Origin: a virus
Lineage: Duplodnaviria; Caudoviricetes
Virus record (IMG/VR): IMGVR_UViG_3300037400_003374
Coordinates: 9,664 to 73,663 of that record
Length of the DNA stretch: 64,000 nucleotides
Reading direction: 5' to 3' (one strand)
Part shown: one piece after another, positions 25,768-34,484 of the stretch
How positions within the stretch are numbered: the stretch's first letter is position 1
How the letters are laid out: every line of letters begins with the position of its first letter
Notes under the pieces: generated by a model
What the model was told of the DNA's origin: nothing
Databases searched by the model: none
The model's input: only the letters and a program-made list of their open reading frames with translations
Position numbers and translations under genes: made by a program

Positions 25768-26446
25768 AGTTAGTTATGACTAACTAACTATTATAACAAG
25801 GGAAACGGGACGGCCCGGTTAGTTATGACTAACTAACTAATAGTACTAAGGACAAGTAGACCTCCGGTTAGTTACGACTAACTAACTAAGCGTACAAAAC
25901 TAGTTAGTTATGACTAACTAACTTATGTCGGGCACTGCGGGACCGGTCCCGTTGTCGCGAGTACGACACTAGTTAGTTACGACTAACTAACTACTCGAAC
26001 GGCGCTGTGGCAAAGCAAGAGTTAGTTATAACTAACTAACTATTATAGCGGAGGCGCAGACCTCCGGTTAGTTATGACTAACTAACTAGTACGTTACTAG
26101 TTAGTTATGACTAACTAACTATAGGTAGGGCTCCGCGGGACCGCACCAGTTAGTTATGACTAACTAACTATTTATAAGTGAAGTGTACGTCACTAGTTAG
26201 TTATGACTAACTAACCATTTTGTAATTAAAGCGCACGACACGAGTTAGTTATGACTAACTAACTATTATAAGGATAAAAGAGTAGCGTACAGGTTAGTTA
26301 TGACTAACTAACTATTATGAGAGCAGTGACGGAACGGACCAATTAGTTATGACTAACTAACTATCAGGTGGCGCGCAGGTTAGTTATGACTAAGTCACCA
26401 TTTTATGGTTTAACGTTAAACCGCAGTTAGTTATGACTAAGTCACT
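25768..26446. repeat. Array of 15 palindromic repeats AGTTAGTTA-TGAC-TAACTAACT
   Basis: Counted directly; start-to-start spacing mostly 46-50 bp (range 32-69). Confidence 0.95.
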
Positions 26447-26498
26447 ATTATGCAAATATAAAAGCATAGGCTTTTCGCCTATGCTCTCTTTGTCGTTC

Positions 26499-26684
26499 TT
26501 ACTCTCCGCATGCCATGTATCTGAATGCTTTTCCTTCCCATACTTCGATGCTTTCTTCATCGGTGAACTTGTCTCCGCCCTCTTCGGTGTAAAGCTTTTC
26601 AGCCGTTGCAATTGCACTCTCTAATGTGGTTGCGGTTGCGATGGTCTCTACTCCGGTCCAGTCTCTCATGATGATTGTAAACAT
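26499..26684 (-). CDS. Small acidic protein, family A copy 1
   Basis: Own promoter, RBS and terminator; paralog of 27263-27448 and 30012-30197. Confidence 0.8.
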   Translation of the reverse strand: MFTIIMRDWTGVETIATATTLESAIATAEKLYTEEGGDKFTDEESIEVWEGKAFRYMACGE

Positions 26685-26817
26685 TGTTTTGTCCTTCTTT
26701 CTTTTTTTTTGTTCCCTCTCAGGAACTGTCTATATTATAGCGCCGATTTGATTTTTTGTCAAGCACTTTTTTTAAAAAAGGGAAGGAAATTTTTTTCCTT
26801 CCCTTTTTCCTTCTTTC

Positions 26818-27132
26818 TTATAAGTCTTCACCCATTTCAGATTCATAGCAATCAGAGCAGATATATTTGCCTTTTTCAAAGTCACAGCACCAAGTTTCAA
26901 GAGAGAAATAATCAACCTTTTCCTTACATGCTTCACAGCAGAATACCTTTTCACCGCGGATTGCAGAGCCATGGAACAGTTCCTTGTAACGTTCAGTCTT
27001 TACTTCATCGTCATAGGACCGACGTACCATTTTTCCGTTGCGCTTGTAGTAGTGCGGGACACGTACAGTTTTCTTTTCTTCTTCATGCATCTCAGCAACC
27101 AGACCCAAAACCTTTTTTACTTCAGCTTTCAT
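26818..27132 (-). CDS. Zn-finger protein, family Z copy 1
   Basis: CCEAC...CSDC; start corrected to MKAEVKK after the promoter and RBS; paralog of 28978-29292. Confidence 0.8.
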   Translation of the reverse strand: MKAEVKKVLGLVAEMHEEEKKTVRVPHYYKRNGKMVRRSYDDEVKTERYKELFHGSAIRGEKVFCCEACKEKVDYFSLETWCCDFEKGKYICSDCYESEMGEDL

Positions 27133-27262
27133 TTTCTTGTCCTTCTTTCTTTTATTTAGTTCCCTCAGGAACTGTCTAGAGTATATCATATGTTGTCCGG
27201 CTTGTCAAGCACTTTTTTTCATTAGAGAGGGAAATTTTTTTCCCTCTCTTTTTACCTATCTT

Positions 27263-27448
27263 TCACTCTCCGCAAGCCATGTATCTGAATACTGTCCCTT
27301 CCCATACTTCGATGCTTTCTTCATCCGTGAATTCGTCGCCGTTCATCTCTTTGTAAAGTCTCTCAGCAATCTCAATGGCCTTCTCTAAGGTATCAGCGGT
27401 CTCCATGGTGTCAAATTCTTCCCAAGTGTTGAATCCAATCTCAAACAT
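27263..27448 (-). CDS. Small acidic protein, family A copy 2
   Basis: Shares TLEKAI.IAE.LY....GD.FT.EESIEVW....Y.ACGE with the other copies. Confidence 0.8.
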   Translation of the reverse strand: MFEIGFNTWEEFDTMETADTLEKAIEIAERLYKEMNGDEFTDEESIEVWEGTVFRYMACGE

Positions 27449-27582
27449 TTTCTTGTCCCTCTTTCTATTTATTGTTCCCTCAGGAACTGTCTATATTATA
27501 ATACCAAGTGTTATTCTTGTCAAGCACTTTTTTCAATTTTTTAAAAAAAGTTTTCAGCTTTACCGGAACGGCGTAAGTAACG

Positions 27583-27816
27583 AGTTAGTTATGACTAACT
27601 AACTATTATGTCATTATAATGGTAGTGCACGGGTTAGTTATGACTATATCACTATTATTAAAGTATCACTGTAGCGCACAAGTTAGTTATGACTATATCA
27701 CTATTATAGTTTAACGTTAAACCACAAGTTAGTTATAACTATATCACTATTCTAGTTTAACGTTACACTATAGCGGTTAGTTATGACTATATCACTAATG
27801 CGGTTTAACGTTAAAC
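27583..27816. repeat. Second repeat cluster: GTTAGTTATGACTA(TATCAC) variants interleaved with GTTTAACGTTAAAC palindromes
   Basis: Five GTTAGTTAT(G/A)ACTA units and three (near-)perfect 14-bp palindromes. Confidence 0.9.
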
Positions 27817-27895
27817 TTGTCTATGCCGTTCCGGAGAGACAGAGATAAAAGTATAACTATTATACAGGACAAAAGAAAAGGCATAGCCTTTTGGG

Positions 27896-28345
27896 CTATG
27901 CTCTTGCAAGTTTCTGCAGGAATTTCTCATTTGTTATCTCGCAGTTATCAAACTTGATTTGTACGTTTTCTCCGTTTATCTGTATGTCTCCAGTGACGTT
28001 AAACGGTTCACTATTCTTTTTCCATGTCCCTTGTGTAAACCGTTCAACTATGATTCGTTCAAAGTTATCACCTTTGTTATAAGTGCTATCTGCTTTCAAG
28101 TCTTGTTCGTGTCCGCACATTGTAGCCAGCTTTAACAGTTCTGCTTTCTGAGCTTTGTTCAACTTAATGCGAACCTTTGCAAATCCTCCGCGCTTGCTTG
28201 ATGCATGGTCAAGACTTGTATACTGCTTTAATTCTTCAAAGGTGAGCGTTACGTAATACAGAATACCTTTTACTGCAAACCCAAGTATGTAAAGATGGGA
28301 AGCACTAAGGAGATTGTAAAGAGTCAGCATAGTTTCAAGTGTCAT
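27896..28345 (-). CDS. PD-(D/E)XK-like nuclease-fold protein, copy 1 (ends in TAG)
   Basis: Paralog of 32756-33199; FE...GD.....VQIK motif; the fold assignment is tentative. Confidence 0.75.
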   Translation of the reverse strand: MTLETMLTLYNLLSASHLYILGFAVKGILYYVTLTFEELKQYTSLDHASSKRGGFAKVRIKLNKAQKAELLKLATMCGHEQDLKADSTYNKGDNFERIIVERFTQGTWKKNSEPFNVTGDIQINGENVQIKFDNCEITNEKFLQKLARA

Positions 28346-28977
28346 ATTGCAATCCTTCTTTCTTAATGTTTGTCAGTTCCATCTGACAGTTACTATTATA
28401 CTCATGCCGGCAGAAATGTCAAGCACTTTTTTTAGAAAAAATGTAAAAAGTTTTCGGGAAGAATCCGCCACCATTTATATACATATATATAACTATTCAG
28501 AAAGATATATACATATACATAACTATTCAGATATGTATAAGTATATAATCATTATGACGTTATACATATTCCGGTACATACCAGTTAGTTATGACTAACT
28601 AACTCATAGTTCTCTCCCATTGTGTATATAGTAGCATATAATTATCATTGTGTCAAGCACTTTTTTCAAAGTCAACGGAACGGAAAAACGATAAGTTGCC
28701 ATAGAGATAAAATAGTTATATATGTATATATAACTATTTTGGCAATGACGAGTTTATAATAGTTAGGCGCGCCTAACTGGCGCGCCTTTTCCACCATGCA
28801 CATTATAGCAAAGTATTCGCAACTTGTCAAGTAAAATTTTTAAAAATGGCGATCCGGGAAAACGTTATAACATTATAACAATAGAGTATAACAGAAAAGG
28901 CATGGAATCAATTTCCATGCCTTTTCTCTTGTTCTTGTCCGGCCTTTTGGCAGGAAGGAAAGGATTATTTCCTTTCC

Positions 28978-29292
28978 TTATAAATCCTCACCCATGTCCG
29001 ATTCATAGCAATCAGCACACAAGTACTTTCCATGTTCAAAGTCACAGCACCATGATTCCAAGGAGAAATAATCAACCTTTTCCTTGCACTCAGCACAGCA
29101 GAATACTTTCTGAGACCGGATAGCAGAACCGAAGAACAATTCCTTGTAGCGGTCAGTATAAACAGTATCATCATAGGAACGGCGTACCATTTTTCCACCG
29201 CGTTTGAAGTAATGAGGAACATGTACAGTTTTCTTTTCTTCTTCTTTCATCTCATCAACCAAACCCATTACCATTTTTACTTCAGTAGTCAT
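28978..29292 (-). CDS. Zn-finger protein, family Z copy 2
   Basis: Close paralog of 26818-27132. Confidence 0.8.
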   Translation of the reverse strand: MTTEVKMVMGLVDEMKEEEKKTVHVPHYFKRGGKMVRRSYDDTVYTDRYKELFFGSAIRSQKVFCCAECKEKVDYFSLESWCCDFEHGKYLCADCYESDMGEDL

Positions 29293-29364
29293 TTTCAAAT
29301 CCTTCTTTCTTTTAATTCGTTCCCTCAGGAACTGTCTGTATTGTATCATGTTTCTCCGGCATTG

Positions 29365-29664
29365 TCAAGCATTTTTTTCAAGAAATTTTTTATATCTTTC
29401 CGTGTCCTTCCAAACATCCATAGTTCTATAAGTACGCGGTTCGATACTGAAGTTTTTTAAGCCGCCGTCCCATGCAAGAGCAAACACATTAAGAATGCAG
29501 ATAGGAACAATCAGAAGGACATAAACAGGTACTTTCATTTTAGAAATAACATTTACGCTATATTCTTTTTCTTCAATATAGTGATTGCATGCCAGCTTTT
29601 CAAGCATATGCATTTTCTTAAAACCAAGCAAGATAGCAAGTTCGGAATAACTAATCTTTTTCAT
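29365..29664 (-). CDS. Hypothetical protein with one hydrophobic segment
   Basis: 99-aa ORF with promoter and GAAAGG RBS. Confidence 0.65.
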   Translation of the reverse strand: MKKISYSELAILLGFKKMHMLEKLACNHYIEEKEYSVNVISKMKVPVYVLLIVPICILNVFALAWDGGLKNFSIEPRTYRTMDVWKDTERYKKFLEKNA

Positions 29665-30011
29665 AACAATTACCTTTCTGGTTTTTTAGGACTTTTCCTT
29701 GTCCTTTTGACGGTTAGAGTATAGCATAGTTTTCTGAGCGTGTCAAGCACTTTTTTTAAAAATCTTTTTTCTCACATATGTATATAGCCATAACTAACCG
29801 CTTGCCGGCGAACTAGTTAGTTTTAGCTAACCGGTGGGCCTTTTCCACCATGCATATTATAGCAAAGTCTTTTCAAACTGTCAATAGGTTTTTTTCGCAA
29901 GAGTGCCGGATCAGCATTGACACCTATTGAAATATAATGATGATACTTTTATAACTATTATGCAAAAGAAAAAGCATGAACTTTTGTTCATGCTTTCTTT
30001 ATCCGATTTAG

Positions 30012-30197
30012 TTACTCTCCGCAAGCGGTATATACTCTTTCACTCTTGCACCATACTTCAATACTTTCTTCACTTGTGAACTTGTCCCCGTCTTCTTCTT
30101 TGTAAAGCTTTTCAGCAATTGCAATGGCCTTTTCAAGTGTCTCAGCGGTCTCCCAAGCATCGAATCCTTCCCAAGTCTGTAAACCGATTGTAAACAT
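30012..30197 (-). CDS. Small acidic protein, family A copy 3
   Basis: Paralogy; own promoter and terminator. Confidence 0.8.
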   Translation of the reverse strand: MFTIGLQTWEGFDAWETAETLEKAIAIAEKLYKEEDGDKFTSEESIEVWCKSERVYTACGE

Positions 30198-30348
30198 TTT
30201 TCATACTTCCTTTCTTTTAATGTTCCCTCAGGAACTGTCTATATTATACAGCCGGCTATAAATTTTGTCAAGCACTTTTTTTATTTTTTTAAAAAACTTT
30301 TTTCCGGCATGGAAGGGAAAGGATTGTTTCCTTTCCCTTCCATATCTG

Positions 30349-30543
30349 TTACTGCTTTCCATATTCCTTGATGAGATACTCCAGATTGTAAGTCATGTCA
30401 TGCAGTTTAGTGTTAGCGTAATAATCATCAAGTATGGAAGTGTCAGGATATGCTTTGTCAGCGAGAGAATGAATAACTTCAATGGCCTTCTGAAGGATAG
30501 CAATCTCATTTTCTGAGAGAGTGTAGCTAAAACGGTTAGTCAT
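30349..30543 (-). CDS. Hypothetical protein, paralog of 36700-36897
   Basis: Shared EIA.L..AI.VIH.LADK.YPD.S.LD..YAN.K.HDMTYNL.YL. Confidence 0.8.
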   Translation of the reverse strand: MTNRFSYTLSENEIAILQKAIEVIHSLADKAYPDTSILDDYYANTKLHDMTYNLEYLIKEYGKQ

Positions 30544-30762
30544 GGTGTAAACCCCTTTCCTTTAGTTGATGATTGAAGTATAATGCATTTTGATGTTTTT
30601 GTCAAGCACTTTTTTTAACTTTTTTCAAAAATTTTTTCTTTCATCAATTGTTATAACGTTATAACTTTTTTCCGGCATGCCGGCATGGTATACATGGCGA
30701 TCCGTTAACAGAGATATAAAAAAGGGCTTTACGCCCTTTAATAGTGCCGTTTTCATTATAGT

Positions 30763-30924
30763 TTAAATTGAGTCACACAATGGCCAACCAAACATTTCCG
30801 ACTCTTTGCACCATTCTTCAAAGGAAAGATAATGTGCATAATCTCCATGCTCATAAATGATATCACTCACATAAGACTCATAACAATCACGTTTTTGTTC
30901 GTCGGTTAATTCTTTCCAAGTCAT
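30763..30924 (-). CDS. Small hypothetical protein
   Basis: MTWKELTDEQ... after promoter and RBS; terminator at about 30717-30740. Confidence 0.65.
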   Translation of the reverse strand: MTWKELTDEQKRDCYESYVSDIIYEHGDYAHYLSFEEWCKESEMFGWPLCDSI

Positions 30925-30992
30925 TTTTTTCTTTCCCCTTTCTTTTGGGCTTTTCGTCCACAACTATATGATAATGCTTTTTTCTGTATTTG

Positions 30993-31217
30993 TCAAGTGA
31001 CTTTTTCAATCACAAGCCAGCTATCATCAATCTCATATGCATTTTCTGTTTTTGCTTGTATAGCTTTTCCCCATCCCATTCTAATACAATGATCTGCAGA
31101 TGAGTATGTATCAAACGTTCCATTCCATTCACCAAACTTAGTTGAAATATCGGGAGTGTCACAAAAGGCAATTTTGTAAAGTTCTGCATCCTTGTGTTTC
31201 TTGCTAAAAAGTTTCAT
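30993..31217 (-). CDS. Small hypothetical protein
   Basis: 74-aa ORF with own promoter and AGGA RBS. Confidence 0.65.
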   Translation of the reverse strand: MKLFSKKHKDAELYKIAFCDTPDISTKFGEWNGTFDTYSSADHCIRMGWGKAIQAKTENAYEIDDSWLVIEKVT

Positions 31218-31440
31218 AATACTTCAGTCCTTTCTTTGAAGTATCTATATGATAGCATAGGCGCGCGAAAATGTCAAGCGAAAATTTTTAAAAAATTTTT
31301 TTAAAAAAACTCTTGACAACTTGTATCAGATGAGTATAATATACATGACGGAACCGGAGAGAGGAGGGAGGAAACCGCCCAGTAGTTAGTTATGACTAAC
31401 TAACTAGCAACTATAAGAAAAAAGGCCTTCCGGCCTTTTT

Positions 31441-31611
31441 TCAATCCATCATGATAACTTTTCCGCTTTCATAAACAATGTATGATTCCTCATCCGTTGC
31501 AGTCTCATCAAAAGCTTCGCACCATGCAATCACTTCGCTAAGTGTCTCAAAAGTTACTTCTAAGTCAGTGGGTTTCATTCCTTCATAGTTGGTGTAAATC
31601 TCGTACTTCAT
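31441..31611 (-). CDS. Small acidic protein, distant family A member (56 aa; not in the ORF track)
   Basis: MKYEIYTNYEG...FETLSEVIAWCEAFDETATDEESYIVYE...; promoter, leader hairpin and bidirectional terminator 31418-31441. Confidence 0.7.
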   Translation of the reverse strand: MKYEIYTNYEGMKPTDLEVTFETLSEVIAWCEAFDETATDEESYIVYESGKVIMMD

Positions 31612-31804
31612 AATTCGTTGCCTTCTTTCTTTTAATCTGTTCCCTCAGGAACTGTCTATAGTATAATGCATAATAACCTTTTTGTCAAGTACTTTTTTTA
31701 AAAAAAAATAAAAAAAATTTTTTTCAAAAACCCCTTGACAAATATAAATAAATGACTATAATATAATTGACAGGCCGGAGAGGGGAGGGGGAGGTGGACC
31801 ATCG

Positions 31805-32620
31805 GTTAGTTATGACTAACTAACTAAAATTAGACACGACTAACTTTAGTTAGATAAAACTAACTAGAGTTAGTTATGACTAACTCAATAATAGTTAGTT
31901 GTAACTAACTGCCTCATCCACCGGTCCCGATCCGGTCCGTAAAGTCAAAGAAAGTCAAAGTCAAAGAAAGTCAAAATCAGGCGCGAGTTAGTTATGTCTA
32001 ACTATAGTTAGTCATGCCTAACTCAGGTGCCTTATCCGAACCGATCCGAAAAGTCAAAGAAAGTCAAAGTCAAAGACGAGTTAGTTATGACTAACTCAAT
32101 ATTAGTTAGTTATAGCTAATTATAGTTAGTTGCAACTAACTAGAGTTAGTTATGACTAAGTCACTATTAGTTAGTTGGCACTAACTAGAGTTAGTTATGA
32201 CTAACTAACGTTAGTTGTACCTAACTACAGTTAGTTGTGACTAACTATAGTTAGTCATGTCTAACACGAGTTAGTTATGACTAAGTCACTATTGGTTAGG
32301 TATAACTAACTAGAGTTAGCCGTGACTAACTGTAGTTAGTGGTGTCTAACTAAAGTTAGACAAGCCTAACTTTAGTTAGCTGAGACTAACAGAAGTTAGC
32401 TGGGACTAACGCTAGTTAGTCAAGACTAACTAAAGTTAGCTGCGTCTAACTGAAGTTAGATATAACTAACTAAAGTTAGCTGGGACTAACTGGAGTTAGC
32501 TGAGACTAACTCCGGTTAGCTGTAACTAACTAAAGTGAGCTGAATCTAACTGTAGTTAGTTGTAACTAACTTTAGTCAGCTGAACCTAACTCCGCCGGCG
32601 CTGGTTAGTTATGCCTAACT
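31805..32620. repeat. Central lattice of ~33 GTTAG-N6-CTAAC palindromes (20-bp period over about 32.29-32.59 kb) with two AAAGTCAAAG blocks
   Basis: Counted directly; sits where transcription switches from the minus to the plus strand. Confidence 0.95.
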
Positions 32621-32642
32621 ACCTGGGCCGATCGCCGGCGCC

Positions 32643-32687
32643 TGTGGATAACTCTGTGGATAATTTTGTGGATAAAATTGTGGATAA
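32643..32687 (-). promoter_or_regulatory. Four tandem perfect DnaA boxes (TTATCCACA), 12-bp period
   Basis: TGTGGATAA at 32643, 32655, 32667 and 32679. Confidence 0.85.
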
Positions 32688-32692
32688 GTGGG

Positions 32693-32721
32693 TTGACACA
32701 TTAGCGCCCCGGGTGTATACT
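32693..32721 (+). promoter_or_regulatory. sigma-A promoter (first of more than 25 similar early promoters in 26-49 kb)
   Basis: TTGACA-N17-TATACT. Confidence 0.85.
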
Positions 32722-32755
32722 TGACTCATCAAATGAAGGAAAGGAAGTCACGAAC

Positions 32756-33199
32756 ATGACCAAGGAAATGATGCAGGAACTTTACAACAAGGTATCGGGG
32801 GCTCACAAGTATGCTCTGGGCTTTATCTTCCAGCACAAGCTGTATGCCGTCAAGCTGAGCTTTGAGGGAATCAGTAAGTATTTCAAGCTGGACCATGCAA
32901 GCTCTAAGAGGGGCGGATATGCAAAAATCCGTATTCGCCTGACCGCCGCGGACCGTGCTAAGCTGAGTGAAGTGGCGGAGCTGCTGGGAGCTGAAGAGCT
33001 GCTGACCAAGGACACCAAGTACAACAAGGGTGAGAACTTCGAACGGGAGCTGACAGAACGCTGGACCGGAGAAACCTGGGTAAAGGATAGTGTCCCCTTC
33101 TGGGTATGCGGTGATATCCGGGTAGACGGTGAAGAGATTCAGATCAAGCTGGACGGTGCGGAGCTGACCAACGAGAAGGTACTGGCAGGGCTGGCCTGA
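32756..33199 (+). CDS. PD-(D/E)XK-like nuclease-fold protein, copy 2
   Basis: LDHASSKRGG.AK.RI.L and NKGENFER...GDI...GEEIQIK.D are shared with 27896-28345. Confidence 0.8.
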   Translation: MTKEMMQELYNKVSGAHKYALGFIFQHKLYAVKLSFEGISKYFKLDHASSKRGGYAKIRIRLTAADRAKLSEVAELLGAEELLTKDTKYNKGENFERELTERWTGETWVKDSVPFWVCGDIRVDGEEIQIKLDGAELTNEKVLAGLA

Positions 33200-33370
33200 G
33201 GCCCTGCCGGATCGGCCCCGGCCGATCCTTTTCTATGCCGGCAAGCTGGGGCTGGAAAACGCGCCGGCGAGCTGGGCTTGCCGGCAAAAAATTTTTCGCT
33301 GGGGCGAAAAACCCCTTGACAAGCTGGCTGTAATACGCTATAATGTGTACATGAAAGAGAGGTGCTAAGT

Positions 33371-33565
33371 ATGGAGATTGTAAAGTTTGGACGGACTTGG
33401 GTAATAAATACTGTTGCTGACTATGAGCACGCCATGGAGGTACTGGACGGGAATGAGTTCTGCGCGGACATGTCGGACGACTGGGCACGCGCTGATAGGG
33501 AGAAAGCTGAGATAAGGCGGCAAAGGCGCGATGTCATAGCACAAGCTGGCAAGCTGAAGGCTTGA
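33371..33565 (+). CDS. Small hypothetical protein
   Basis: Promoter and GAGG RBS. Confidence 0.65.
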   Translation: MEIVKFGRTWVINTVADYEHAMEVLDGNEFCADMSDDWARADREKAEIRRQRRDVIAQAGKLKA

Positions 33566-33612
33566 CAAGCTCCAAAATTATGATATAATTAATAGTGAAA
33601 GGAGCTGATAGC

Positions 33613-34125
33613 ATGGGCATAAAACGAGATTTTGCCCCAGTGACAAAAGCGCTGAATGCTTTTGTACGCAAGTTTGATGAAGAATATTCTTGTACACTTG
33701 GCCCCGCTTTTGAGGCCATTAATGATGAAATTATTATCTATACTGTAATGGTATGTGATAATACTGCTCTTTCCTTCCGTAATGATTTTATAAAGCGTTT
33801 TCCCGCTTGTGCTGACTTCAATCTGTTTACATTATCATTCATGCATGAACTGGGACACTTAGAAACGGCGCTGGATACAGTTAATGATATAGAAGAAAGA
33901 AATGAAATAAATGCTATGAGCAACCGCGAACTAGCATTGACCAAATATTATCAACTGTATAATGAATGCCTCGCTACTAATTGGGCGGGACAGTATCTGA
34001 CTAAACATCATAAGGATATGAAAGTCTGGGAAAATAAAATTACAAAACTTTTTAAAAAAGTACTTGACAAACATTCCACTAAGTCGTATAATGATGATGT
34101 TGAAAGGAGCGATTGTAATGAATAA
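33613..34125 (+). CDS. HEXXH zinc-metallopeptidase-like protein
   Basis: SFMHELGHL plus downstream NE.LA..WA; paralog of 46703-47143. Confidence 0.7.
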   Translation: MGIKRDFAPVTKALNAFVRKFDEEYSCTLGPAFEAINDEIIIYTVMVCDNTALSFRNDFIKRFPACADFNLFTLSFMHELGHLETALDTVNDIEERNEINAMSNRELALTKYYQLYNECLATNWAGQYLTKHHKDMKVWENKITKLFKKVLDKHSTKSYNDDVERSDCNE

Positions 34126-34336
34126 ATTCTACATGGGTATCGAGTGCCAGTGCCCGCTGTGCGGAGCAACCGCAAACGTGTATGTTAAGACTATTGATTA
34201 TCGTGCTTGGCGTGCAGGCGCTTTAGCACAGACTGTTTTCCCCTACTTGAAACCGCAGGTACGGGAAATGTTAATTAGCGGTTTGTGCCCGACTTGCTAT
34301 GATAGCTTGATGGGCGAGGATGAGGAGGGCGAGTAA
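34118..34336 (+). CDS. Small Zn-ribbon protein
   Basis: CPLC...CPTC. Confidence 0.7.
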   Translation: MNKFYMGIECQCPLCGATANVYVKTIDYRAWRAGALAQTVFPYLKPQVREMLISGLCPTCYDSLMGEDEEGE

Positions 34337-34484
34337 TCGCCCTACCCTCCGCCCGCCGGCGGGGCCTTGAATTGGCGCGAGAACTGTGCTAAACTAATGA
34401 TACGATATAAAAATTTATTTTAAAAAGTACTTGACAAAGAAATGAAAATGTCGTATAATCTAGCCATAGAAAGGAAGGATAGCA

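Noticed and set aside
25768-26446. CRISPR array
   Set aside because: Spacer lengths vary from about 10 to 47 bp and spacers share motifs with each other. The same repeat core is scattered singly through 22 kb and in a 20-bp lattice. No cas gene is in the window.
28470-28740. AT-rich TATATACATA repeats and palindrome as a DNA-unwinding element
   Set aside because: A short duplication and an ATAGTTATATA palindrome are present, but they are 3 kb from the lattice and DnaA boxes and there is no further support.
31805-32620. TIGR-type or other guide-RNA array
   Set aside because: Variable segments are only 4-6 nt, and I saw no Nop-domain or nuclease effector with a recognisable RNA-guided signature. 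A DNA-binding lattice is more parsimonious.
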